Source: Candidatus Bathyarchaeota archaeon (lineage in GTDB: Archaea > Thermoproteota > Bathyarchaeia > Bathyarchaeales > Bathyarchaeaceae). Taken from it: DNA of 40,186 nt. The DNA lies in the NCBI GenBank assembly GCA_020348365.1, contig CP070749.1, positions 685,346 to 725,531 of the forward strand, written 5' to 3'. Both the position numbers and the translations under genes were made by a program. This document shows positions 19,044 through 28,413 of this stretch, in pieces (position 1 is the stretch's first letter; each line of letters starts with the position of its first letter). A model generated the notes under the pieces. That model saw only the letters and a program-made list of their open reading frames with translations, was not told where the DNA came from and made no database searches.

Positions 19044-20369
19044 CTACCTCGTTGGAAACTTCTTTCCAAGAAGAGGGAGTCCCTTCCTTCTGAAGGTTTT
19101 CATCATCTTCTTCATCGTCTTGTACTGCTTGAGAAGCTCCTTCACTTCTTTCTCGCTTGTACCTGAGCCACGAGCCACACGGCGTACCCTTGAAGAATTG
19201 AATATCTTGGGGTTCTCCCTCTCTTCAGGGGTCATAGACTCGATGATGATTCGCCATTTCTCCATGTGGCCCTCAGCCATCTCCATCATATCGTCAGGTA
19301 TTTTATAGGTTAGTCCCGGAACCATCTTAAGCAAATGCCTTAGAGGTCCGAGGCTTCTCATGGATTTGACCTGCTCGTACATGTCCGTGAGGGTGAACCT
19401 CCCACTCAGAAAGGCTTGAAGTTTCTTCTCTGGCACCTCCACCTCTGCCTCACGCACTTTCTCGATGAGACTCTGTAGGTCCCCCATTCCTAGCAGTCTG
19501 CCGACAAATCGGGACGGAACAAACGCCTCCATATCACCGATTTTCTCACCTGTGCCGATGAATTTTATCGGTGCGCCTATAGTGGCAACGGCGGATAACG
19601 CACCTCCACCCCTTGCAGAACCATCGAGCTTCGCGACAAAGATGGAGCCAATCGGTGTAGCTTCGTGAAAGGCTTTTGCTTGCGTGGCAGCTTGCTGGCC
19701 GATTGTGCCATCAATGACCAAAATGACCTCTCTGGGTTTGACCCTTTTCTCCATCGTCCTCATCTCTTTGATCAGACTTTTCTCGTTCTTGTGTCGCCCT
19801 GCTGTGTCGAGGATGATTATGTCATAGTTATCGAACTTCTTCAGTCCATCCAAAGCTATTTGGATTGAGTTCTTTACTTTCGGATTTCCATATACTGGAA
19901 CGTTCGCCAGTTTTCCAAGCTGTTCTAGCTGAGCTAGAGCGCCCGGCCTATAGGTGTCTGTGCAGACCAGTGCAGTATTCAGTCCCCTCTTCTGGAAGTA
20001 TTTGGCGAGTTTCGCCGATGTCGTCGTTTTTCCTGATCCTTGGATTCCAACGAGCATGAGGATGTTACTTTTTCCAGTCCTTATCTTCAGTAAGGCTGAT
20101 TTCTCACCGAGAATGTGTGTTAACTCCTCGTAAACAACCTTCACCAGATGTTCTCTTCTCGATACGCCTTTTGGAAGCTTCTCATTGAGGGCTCTATCTT
20201 CTATCCGTTTAGAGATTTCTAGAACAAGTTTTACATTAACATCTGACTGTAGCAGAGAGCGTTGGATGTCGCGACCGAGCTCTTTGACCAGTGCTTCGTC
20301 TATAACGGACGCTCGGAAAACCTTCCTGAGTGCCTCATATAACGAAGAGCCGAGACGCTCCAGAACCAT
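19044..20369 (-). CDS. srp54: Signal recognition particle 54 kDa protein
   Basis: [26 protein letters not shown] and M-domain SMT.EER.NP...[10 protein letters not shown]. Confidence 0.97.
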   Translation of the reverse strand: MVLERLGSSLYEALRKVFRASVIDEALVKELGRDIQRSLLQSDVNVKLVLEISKRIEDRALNEKLPKGVSRREHLVKVVYEELTHILGEKSALLKIRTGKSNILMLVGIQGSGKTTTSAKLAKYFQKRGLNTALVCTDTYRPGALAQLEQLGKLANVPVYGNPKVKNSIQIALDGLKKFDNYDIIILDTAGRHKNEKSLIKEMRTMEKRVKPREVILVIDGTIGQQAATQAKAFHEATPIGSIFVAKLDGSARGGGALSAVATIGAPIKFIGTGEKIGDMEAFVPSRFVGRLLGMGDLQSLIEKVREAEVEVPEKKLQAFLSGRFTLTDMYEQVKSMRSLGPLRHLLKMVPGLTYKIPDDMMEMAEGHMEKWRIIIESMTPEERENPKIFNSSRVRRVARGSGTSEKEVKELLKQYKTMKKMMKTFRRKGLPLLGKKFPTR

Positions 20370-20490
20370 ATTGCCTTCTCCAATTCTAAACCTAGATTCA
20401 CGCTTTTAAATACATTTACTGCGAGGCAGGCTGTCCGCCCACCAAAACTCTTTTTTCTCCCATCAGCAATTTAGAAGAGAGGGATGTCTT

Positions 20491-21234
20491 TTGTCTGAAG
20501 CCGTCAGAATTGTTGAGAAGAAGCGTATACCTTCAGGAGCTATCATGCTCCAAGGCCTTCCTGATGTGGGTTTAGTCGGCTTGATAGCAACCTCATACAT
20601 AATCTCTGAACTCAACTTGGACGAGATAGCCTATGTCGACTCAGACCTCCTACCGCCAATAGTAGTTCTGCATAAGGGACTCCCACACGCGCCACTTAGA
20701 ATCTATGGTAACAAGGATCTAATCGCGGCCATCTCTGAAATAGCAGTTCCCGTAAAGGCGCTACACCGAATAATGAGGAAACTTGTGGACTGGGCTGAAT
20801 CAAAAAACGTCACAATGATTCTGTCTATGGGGGGGCTGCCCGTCCAGAACAGACAGGATATCAAGGAACCGAAAGTCTTTGGGGCAGGCTCGAGTGAAGC
20901 CTCACTCAAGTTGTTGCGTGAAAAGGGACTAGAAATACTCAATGAAGGCTTCATAGTTGGTCCTCAGGCGCTAACTATGCGGTACTGTGTCGAAAGAAAG
21001 CTCACAGCCGTAGCGCTTCTCGCTCAATCATTCTTCAACTATCCTGACCCTGAGGCTTCAGCGGTAGCTATAAAGAAGTTTGCTCAAATCACAGACAAGA
21101 AAGTAGATGTCTCAGACCTTCTTGAGAAGGGCGAGGAAATACGGCTGAGAGCCAGAGACATTATGCGGAGAACCCAAAGCGAGCTGAACCAAATGAAGAA
21201 GTCGCAGGAGTACGACCTTCCATTATATGTTTGA
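20491..21234 (+). CDS. PAC2-family proteasome assembly chaperone (PbaA/PbaB-like)
   Basis: GLPDVGLVGLIA, PDPEAS and a C-terminal HbYX tail (LYV). Confidence 0.9.
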   Translation: MSEAVRIVEKKRIPSGAIMLQGLPDVGLVGLIATSYIISELNLDEIAYVDSDLLPPIVVLHKGLPHAPLRIYGNKDLIAAISEIAVPVKALHRIMRKLVDWAESKNVTMILSMGGLPVQNRQDIKEPKVFGAGSSEASLKLLREKGLEILNEGFIVGPQALTMRYCVERKLTAVALLAQSFFNYPDPEASAVAIKKFAQITDKKVDVSDLLEKGEEIRLRARDIMRRTQSELNQMKKSQEYDLPLYV

Positions 21235-21691
21235 GGAGGAAAGGGGAATGTATGGAGAGAGAAGGAAGCGCTCAGTTTTTGAGATAGTAAGGGAGTATAT
21301 GGAACGTCTCGATGCTTGGGCTGACGAGTTGCTTGAGTCACCAGAACATCCTAGCTGGGATGTCCAGTCTTGCTGCCTTGAACCCCTATGTGATATCTCA
21401 GTTACAGCCGACGAGGTTGTCGTTACCGCCGACCTTCCATACGCACAGCCTGAAACCATTGTAGTGGAGGCGGTGGAAGATAACCTCATCGAGATTTCAG
21501 CGAAGATAAAGCGAAAAGTAAGGTTTGGCGACTTCGGGATAACCCACCGAAAAGGGGAGTTCTCATCGTTCCGCTCACGCGCTCGCATCCCTATGCCTGT
21601 CGAGACTGATCGGATGAAAATACATTTCAAACGTGGGATTCTGGAAGTTCATTTGTCCAGAAAGAAGGGGCATAGAGTAAAGATAGAGTGA
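21227..21691 (+). CDS. Small heat-shock protein (Hsp20/alpha-crystallin)
   Basis: EPL.DI, ADLP, F..GILEV.L and a C-terminal VKIE (IxI) motif; overlaps the PAC2 stop codon. Confidence 0.9.
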   Translation: MFEEERGMYGERRKRSVFEIVREYMERLDAWADELLESPEHPSWDVQSCCLEPLCDISVTADEVVVTADLPYAQPETIVVEAVEDNLIEISAKIKRKVRFGDFGITHRKGEFSSFRSRARIPMPVETDRMKIHFKRGILEVHLSRKKGHRVKIE

Positions 21692-22012
21692 GTAACGGCT
21701 ATTAAGAAGTCAGAAGAATCAAACGGAGAGCCTAGAAATTGATTAATGGTGATTAATTGTATGCACGCCGCTTCTCACATAATTGATAGATTCAATCGTT
21801 AAGAGGAATAGCCGGGGACTTGGGGGCTTCTGCACATGGAGCGCGCGCGTGGTGGGAGTGGGAACAAACTTAGTTAGTGGAAGAAGAGCCAAGAAGAAAG
21901 ATACAGAACAATGTTAGAGTAGTCGCCCGCACTCTGACAAAACAAACCGCAAAAGCAACAAGAATATGTAGTTCATTAACGGATAGATAGACTCAGAAGG
22001 TTTTGCAAAAGC

Positions 22013-22080
22013 CTTGAAGCCTCAGCGCTGATTAGTGTCTTCACAGGTCCGACGGCTCTTCTTGCATCATCGGCTTCAAG
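22013..22080 (-). ncRNA. Box C/D 2'-O-methylation guide sRNA
   Basis: Minus strand reads CTTGAAGCC-G-[C ATGATGC]-AAGAAGAGCCGT-[D' CGGA]-CCT-[C' GTGAAGA]-CACTAATCAGCG-[D CTGA]-GGCTTCAAG. It has a perfect 9-bp terminal stem, a 3-nt K-turn bulge and two 12-nt guides. Confidence 0.85.
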
Positions 22081-22146
22081 AGAAGTTGTCCAATCTCCTT
22101 AATGAGACTTGTTTAATCTAAAGAGAGCTTAAGCTGTACTTTCGTG

Positions 22147-22551
22147 CTAGCTTTTTGTTCTCATTATCTTTGTTCTGCCCAGGATGCGCCAGTACTCAAC
22201 CTCAACCCCAGAGGCGAGTCTGGATGTCAACGCTTTGTCATCTGGCGTCGGAGCTTCAAAAACAGCGTATGTTTCGAGATCCATCAGCTGCACTGCTGAC
22301 GGTAGCAATGCTATAACCTGTGCGCCTCTCTTATCGATAATTGGAACCTCAACTTGTGCGCTGACAGGCCTAACGAGGGTTCTCTTCGTCCCGTCAAAGA
22401 CTCCTATGGCAACTATTCTCGCCTTTGCGGATCCATGTTTTCCTGGCTTCGACTTTGAATAGCTAGCTATGCGACAAGGTTCATTTTCTATCATCACGTA
22501 GCTGCCGACCTTTAGGGCTCCCAAATCCATAGGTTTGCTCATTGTATTCAC
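22147..22551 (-). CDS. eif5a: Translation factor aIF5A
   Basis: Hypusine motif SKPGKHGSAKAR. The start is probably ATG at 22542. Confidence 0.97.
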   Translation of the reverse strand: MNTMSKPMDLGALKVGSYVMIENEPCRIASYSKSKPGKHGSAKARIVAIGVFDGTKRTLVRPVSAQVEVPIIDKRGAQVIALLPSAVQLMDLETYAVFEAPTPDDKALTSRLASGVEVEYWRILGRTKIMRTKS

Positions 22552-22689
22552 CTTAATATACAGCAGTTTTCATTCAGCAAGTAGATACATTAAGGTATCG
22601 TATGAAGTCTATACTATTGCCGCATCATTTAATGTTCTCCCATATCAGTTTAAATAGTGAGCACAATTATCAATCTGAGGGAAGGACAG

Positions 22690-23525
22690 TGTTCAACGCT
22701 GTCAGCATAATCGCGAGAGTTGATCAGAGAAAGGCATTGGATTTCGCGACAAATCTTATAGAGCATCTGGAAGCTAGAGGGCTAGCCGTCTCCCTAGAGC
22801 CAAGGCTCGCAAAACACGCCAAAAGGAAAGAGTCCGCGATAACGCTGAAAGAGATGAAGACCGACCTGATCATAACCGTGGGGGGCGACGGCACTATACT
22901 CAGAACGTGCCTCTTGCTTCCGAAGCCTGAGCCGCCAATCCTCGCCATCAACATGGGTGTACGTGGGTTTCTCGCGGAAGTACCCCCAGAAAAGGGACTA
23001 GACGCTGTGAATAGGTGCCTCAATGGGAATTTTCATCTGGAAAAATGCATGAAGCTATCTTCTTCAATCGAAGCCAAAAGACTGCCCGACGCTTTGAACG
23101 AAGTTCTGATAACCTCTCAGGCGCCGTCCAAGCTATTACACGTCAGGATCAGAAAGGATGAGACAGCGGTAGCTGAGTGTCGAGCGGATGGCATGCTTGT
23201 TGCGTCTCAAGTGGGATCCACGGGCTATTCGCTATCAGCGGGGGGACCCGTTTTGGACCCTGATGTTGACGCATTTGTATTCACTCCCATCTGTCCTTTG
23301 ACCGCCTTTCATCCCCTGGTCTTCTCAGCGAAGAATACGATCCTCATACAGCTTCTCAAGCCCAAGAAGGCGTTTGTCGTTTTGGATGGTCACTATCGAG
23401 CTGAGATGAATCCGAAGAACCCTCGAATCAGTGTTTCGAAGTCTGAGCATGAATCTTCGTTCGTTCGCTTTGACGATGGTTTTTACCGTCGTTTGAAGAG
23501 TAGGCTCCTCTTTGCTAGGAGCTAG
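22690..23525 (+). CDS. nadK: NAD(+) kinase
   Basis: GGDGT, N.G..GFL, LNEV and DG...S..GSTGYSLSAGGP. The ORF track opens at 22602; the later GTG start near 22690 is preferred. Confidence 0.93.
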
Positions 23526-24066
23526 AGTATTGACGCCTCAAAAGGTTCTAGTTCTAGACACATCGGCGTTCATCGCTGGTTTTGATTCGTTATCAGTTGG
23601 TGAGGCGCAGTATTCTGTTCCTGAGGTTGGGCGTGAACTTCTCTTGAATTCGCTGACCAAGCTGAGATTCACCACTGCAGTAGACAATGGAAGATTGAAG
23701 ATTAAGGTCCCTGCTGAGGAAGCTCTTGGAAGAGTGAAGGAGGCTTCTAGAAAGGTGGGGGATGTCCTTTTTCTTTCTGACGCCGATTTACAGGTGTTGG
23801 CTCTTGCTCTTGAGCTGAAGGCTGAAGGTTATGACCCACAGATTGTGACAGATGATTACTCTATCCAGAACGTGGCTGACCAGTTAGGGATAGCGTTTGC
23901 TCCTCTCATGACTTTTGGGATAAGATTTCGCCTAGAATGGGTGATCTATTGTCCAGCCTGCCACCGTAAATACTCTTCAGACCACAGTCTCAAGTCTTGT
24001 GAGGTCTGCGGCACGAAGCTCAAAAGAAAGCCTTTGGGAAAAAGGGCCGTAAGAGAGAGCGAGTAA
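23512..24066 (+). CDS. nob1: Nob1 endoribonuclease (PIN domain plus Zn ribbon)
   Basis: VLDTSAFI, LS.AD..VLALA, TDDYSIQN and CPAC...CEVCG. Confidence 0.93.
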   Translation: MLGARVLTPQKVLVLDTSAFIAGFDSLSVGEAQYSVPEVGRELLLNSLTKLRFTTAVDNGRLKIKVPAEEALGRVKEASRKVGDVLFLSDADLQVLALALELKAEGYDPQIVTDDYSIQNVADQLGIAFAPLMTFGIRFRLEWVIYCPACHRKYSSDHSLKSCEVCGTKLKRKPLGKRAVRESE

Positions 24067-24104
24067 TGTTTTCCGGTGGTCTCGGCTGAGAGCTTGTATA
24101 GAGT

Positions 24105-24926
24105 CTAAGATTGTGCTTCTCTTAGTTCATTGAAGGTTTTATTGTATTCCACCGTCTTTTCTGCTGGATTCTCAGAGTAGATTATGGCTCTTCCCACATT
24201 TATGAGAATGTTTCTTCCAGCTGCTTTAATCACCTTCTCTTCATCACCTTTCTGGGTGCCTATGCCTGGGATTAGGAAGAGCTTGTCTTCTCCGGCTCGG
24301 ACTCTTATGGTTCTAATGTCTGCTTCTGTTACGTGTCCTGTGGCGCCTATGACGCACCCGTCGGCAGCGTACCCTTTTACATCCTCGGCGATGGCGATGA
24401 AGAGGGGTCTGCCCATAATTGTTGCTTGGGTTTGGTATTTGAGGGCTTCTGGGTTTGAGGTTAGGGTTAGGGCTATTATGCCAATTGGAGGTTTGTAGTT
24501 GTGGGCTGTATCGACGGTGGCTTGGAGGTTTCCCAGGAGAGGGTTAAAGGTTATGGCGTCGTAACCGCACTCGTGTATGTGGAAGAGGGCGGAGTCTATT
24601 GAGGCGCCTATGTCGCTCAGCTTGTAGTCAAGGATAGAGAGAGCACCTGCGTTGTGGATGGCGGTTGTGAGGGTTTCGTGCTGGTCTTTGGTGAAGCCCC
24701 AAACGTATTGTTGGTTTGGCTTGTAGGCACAGCAGAAATCCCCTGTCTGTTCTATTATGTCCAAGCAGAATACAAGTCTGGCCACGTTCTCATCTGCTTC
24801 TTCCAGATACTTCTTGGATATTGTGTTCTGGCTTCTTTGTCTAGGCAAAGCTGGGTCTAAACCTACACATAAGATGCTGTTTTTTCCTTCTGAAAACTGG
24901 GAGTATCTTTCTGCAAATCCCATCAT
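24105..24926 (-). CDS. pyrF: Orotidine 5'-phosphate decarboxylase
   Basis: LCVGLDP, AYKPN, DYKLSDIG, LTSNP, GAT, LIPGIG.Q.G and NVGRAI. Confidence 0.92.
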   Translation of the reverse strand: MMGFAERYSQFSEGKNSILCVGLDPALPRQRSQNTISKKYLEEADENVARLVFCLDIIEQTGDFCCAYKPNQQYVWGFTKDQHETLTTAIHNAGALSILDYKLSDIGASIDSALFHIHECGYDAITFNPLLGNLQATVDTAHNYKPPIGIIALTLTSNPEALKYQTQATIMGRPLFIAIAEDVKGYAADGCVIGATGHVTEADIRTIRVRAGEDKLFLIPGIGTQKGDEEKVIKAAGRNILINVGRAIIYSENPAEKTVEYNKTFNELREAQS

Positions 24927-25063
24927 TTTCGTGTTCCTCAGCCTTTACAGTCATTGCTATGTCAGGGAATTAAAGACTTTTTGGAGATTGGAGATAACAA
25001 TTGACGATGCCGCGCGTTAATTACTGTATTTTACAATCCATGGTTTGCATACATGCATAGTAT

Positions 25064-25180
25064 TGGCGCCGGGGATGGGATTTGAACCCATGAGGGCCCA
25101 AAGACCCACTGGCTGCCACGTCTGAGCCCCTATTGTAGAGAGATCTCGAGGCCAGCGCATTACCGCTCTGCCACCCCGGC
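25064..25180 (-). tRNA. tRNA-Ser(CGA) with a 30-nt intron at position 37/38 (25115-25144); CCA encoded
   Basis: GCCGGGG/CCCCGGC acceptor stem followed by G-CCA. CTGGC/GCCAG anticodon stem with CT-CGA-G. Long variable arm GGGTC-TTTG-GGCCC. T-arm ATGGG-TTCAAAT-CCCAT. Confidence 0.95.
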
Positions 25181-25301
25181 ACACCAAAAAACCTACAACA
25201 CCCCTAAAATAACCTTCTGCCACCACACAAGCATGTTTGGAGTCTATTTTGGTTGTATAGTGAATCTGGATCAAGGGGGGTGTCTGTGCGTGCGAGGCGC
25301 T

Positions 25302-26285
25302 CTATGCCTCAGACTCCTCCTTGCGCATAACCAGATCAGCCACATCCACAGCGCAGTCAAAAATCCGCCCAACCAACCCAGCCACAGCCAACACACACGC
25401 ACCAACAGCCCCAGCCCCACCAACAGCCACCTCAACGCTTTCAAGCAACGCCTCAACCCGCTCCCGCTCGCGCCTCACACCTTCAGCAACTCCAACATCC
25501 CTACTGAATACGGCTTCCAAGGCCCTCTCATGACTCCGAAAAACAAACTCGTGCAGCTTAAACAAAGGCTCAGACAAGCCTTTGTCTGCTCCTTCGCCAA
25601 GCTCAACAGCCTTCTCAGCTACCTCCACACTCAAATCCCCAACGGATTCAACCAAGCTTGCCATCAGCCTATAATCCAAACACTCGATGGTCCTAACACC
25701 CAATCTCTCACCTAAACCAGGGCTCTGAACGATGGTTCTCAAAAGCCTAACCAACAAGAAGTACAGCCGGTCAACCTCAACATCTCTGGCAACCACATTT
25801 CTAGCCAGATGTGAATCACCACCAGCAAAAGCCCTCACAGCATCCCTATGCATGCCCGCAGCAATAGAATATTCACGCCTCAGAATCTTCTCAGGGGGAA
25901 AGGTGGAAGGCTCCAACAGACACTGCAAAACTATCTTAGAATAATCCTCCTCAACGATCTCCAAACCAATCAAACCGCTTGAAGCCGCCTTAACACTCTC
26001 ACGATCATCTGCCGTAATCCTATCCTCAGCCATAACACGGATAACATCATAGCCCAACAGATACTTGCCAGTGATTTCGCGGTTGAGATAAAGAGAAGGC
26101 TTAATCACAGCCATCCGCGGCTCACGCTCAAAATCGTACTTGGCATCAACCGCCAGCCGACCATCCACTAACTCAGAAACAGCCACAACAGACCCACGAT
26201 CAAGTCCCACGCTCTCAGCCCAATCCTTAGGCAAACAGACGAAGAAACTCCCGCTACTTGTTCTCTGAACCTTACGAAGCTCCAC
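25302..26285 (-). CDS. phoU: Phosphate uptake regulator: AbrB/MazE N-domain plus PhoU domains
   Basis: RKVQ...GS.FV.LPK.W AbrB motif, YLLGYD.I, D.EVDRLYFL and E.VGD. The ORF track starts at 26453; GTG at 26285 is preferred. Confidence 0.88.
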   Translation of the reverse strand: MELRKVQRTSSGSFFVCLPKDWAESVGLDRGSVVAVSELVDGRLAVDAKYDFEREPRMAVIKPSLYLNREITGKYLLGYDVIRVMAEDRITADDRESVKAASSGLIGLEIVEEDYSKIVLQCLLEPSTFPPEKILRREYSIAAGMHRDAVRAFAGGDSHLARNVVARDVEVDRLYFLLVRLLRTIVQSPGLGERLGVRTIECLDYRLMASLVESVGDLSVEVAEKAVELGEGADKGLSEPLFKLHEFVFRSHERALEAVFSRDVGVAEGVRRERERVEALLESVEVAVGGAGAVGACVLAVAGLVGRIFDCAVDVADLVMRKEESEA

Positions 26286-26500
26286 AATAGACCACTCAAA
26301 TAAGGTATGAACACATCCAAATAAGAATGTACTATCGAAAGCTGACGATGAATGTTGGAATAGCAGCATACATTTCACTACATATACAGACGCAGTGTTA
26401 TTCACTCCAAGCGTCTGCATCACAGGAAAACAGAAAAGACAGAACCCAAACAACTAAATCGCCGTTCTGAGAAAACGAGACTGACGGAGGAAGCTAGGTC

Positions 26501-28042
26501 TTGAGCGAGAGGCTACAAAGGGCAGTGTCATTCACGATAGAAGCGGGATATCAACTCGACAAAGACGCCTTTATTTTTCTAAACAGCCTCTCCAAAACAG
26601 AAGACCCAATCAGGTTGATGGAGGAAACAATCAAGAAACTGGAGGCCACAACTGAAAAGACCCTCTTCATAGACAAGAATCTCCTAGAAGAAGTAGCACA
26701 AGAAGCCTTCCCAAAAGTTGTAGAGGACCAACCACGATTAGCACAACCTCCACCACACCCTCTTCGAGCAAAGAAAGGCTTTCGCGCGTACGCAAAGGAC
26801 GTTGACTCAGACATAAAGATAATACAAGATCCTACAGATAACATATGCGAAAGCGGAACACTTGAAGAGTACCTTGAGTACTTTCAAGACCGCTTCAAGA
26901 GAATGAAGAAGATTCTTAGACGAAGAATGGATGTCAAAGACGCCTCAACCATATCAGACGCGCTTGAGGCTCCAGCGAATTCGAAGGTCAAGATTATTGG
27001 AATGATAACAGAGAAGAGAGAAGTCAAACAAAAGTTGCTTCTGAGTGTTGAGGATCTAGAGGCGAGTGCCAGTGTACTTGTATCGCCGAAAAGAAATCGG
27101 AAGATTATGAAGAAAGCGCGAGACCTGCTGTTGGACCAAGTTGTCTGCATAGCTGCAGTAAAGGGACGAGACAGCCTACTCATCGCAGAAGACATCATCT
27201 GGCCTGACATGCCACAGAGAAAACCAAACAGTGCTGCAGTACCAGTCTCCGCCGCCCTCATATCAGACTTGCATATCGGAAGCAGAATGTTCATGAAAGA
27301 AGCATTCACACATTTTCTGCTCTGGTTGAACGGAAAGCTTGGAGATGCCAAATCGAAGGCGATAGCAAGTCACGTAAAATACCTAATCATAGCGGGGGAT
27401 ATCGTGGACGGAATAGGTATCTACCCGAAGCAGATGGAAGAGCTGGTCATAGAAGACCTCTACGAGCAATATCGTATGGCATCAAAATTCATCGAAGAGA
27501 TCCCGGATTATATAGAACTAGTAATCATACCTGGAAACCACGATGCCTCTCGAAAGGCGCTTCCTCAACCAGCCATTCCCCAGAGTTTCGCGGAGCCCCT
27601 TAAAGAAGCGAGAAAGGTGTACTCCCTAGGAAATCCATGTACTGTGAGCATCCATGGTGTCGAACTGCTTCTGTGTCACGGACGCAGCTTAGACGACATC
27701 GTCTCCGTCGCTTCAGGTGTAAGCTTTAACTCGCCTGAAAAGGCCATGAAACTCCTCCTGCAAAGCAGACACATGGCACCGGTCTATGGAGGGAAAACCC
27801 CAATAGCCCCAGAAAAGAGAGATTTCATGGTCATAGAAAGACCACCAGATATCCTACACTGTGGACACGTACATGTCCTAAGATACGAGTCGTATCGAGG
27901 GACTCTCCTCGTCAATTCAGGTGCTTGGCAAAGGCAGACCAAATATCAAGAAGAAATGGGGCTGGTTCCCACACCAGGAATAGTGCCTGTTGTTAACCTA
28001 CAGACGCTAGAGGTTGCCCCTATTAGCTTCTCCACGCTTTAG
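26501..28042 (+). CDS. polB: DNA polymerase D small subunit DP1
   Basis: YF.DRF, OB fold, ISDLHIGS, AGDIVDGIGIYP.Q, PGNHD, HGRS, RH.AP.YG, GHVH and NSG.WQ.QT. Confidence 0.96.
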   Translation: MSERLQRAVSFTIEAGYQLDKDAFIFLNSLSKTEDPIRLMEETIKKLEATTEKTLFIDKNLLEEVAQEAFPKVVEDQPRLAQPPPHPLRAKKGFRAYAKDVDSDIKIIQDPTDNICESGTLEEYLEYFQDRFKRMKKILRRRMDVKDASTISDALEAPANSKVKIIGMITEKREVKQKLLLSVEDLEASASVLVSPKRNRKIMKKARDLLLDQVVCIAAVKGRDSLLIAEDIIWPDMPQRKPNSAAVPVSAALISDLHIGSRMFMKEAFTHFLLWLNGKLGDAKSKAIASHVKYLIIAGDIVDGIGIYPKQMEELVIEDLYEQYRMASKFIEEIPDYIELVIIPGNHDASRKALPQPAIPQSFAEPLKEARKVYSLGNPCTVSIHGVELLLCHGRSLDDIVSVASGVSFNSPEKAMKLLLQSRHMAPVYGGKTPIAPEKRDFMVIERPPDILHCGHVHVLRYESYRGTLLVNSGAWQRQTKYQEEMGLVPTPGIVPVVNLQTLEVAPISFSTL

Positions 28043-28413
28043 GCGTCAACATCCATGCAACAAGTCTGGATACCCGTATTGGTTCAGGAATCCTGCAAGA
28101 CATGCAGATAATCTTCAGATTAATTCCCCCCTCCATTTCAGGGGGGCTCCTATCATCTTAATGTATATGGCTAGTTCAATTGGCATGAAGACGAACTTCT
28201 GCACGCGATCAAGTTTCTCGACGACCCCACCTAATTATGCATACGTCAAGTGACCAATGACTGAGCATAGAGATCGTCCTTTTCTTGCGTTTAGACCGTC
28301 CACTTAGATCTTATTCATCTTTAATCTAACGATGAGAATTCCTAGCAGCAATGCATACATGAGCAGAGCTTCTTCATAGACGGATTCTCTGGAGAAAGGA
28401 CCGCCTTCGACAA

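Noticed and set aside
24067..25064. Integrated element at the tRNA-Ser 3' end
   Set aside because: No duplicated tRNA 3' end (att site), integrase or viral gene was seen.
25233..25715. 160-aa plus-strand ORF and other short ORFs over phoU and the tRNA
   Set aside because: Explained by the skewed composition antisense to phoU; 25017-25274 overlaps the tRNA.
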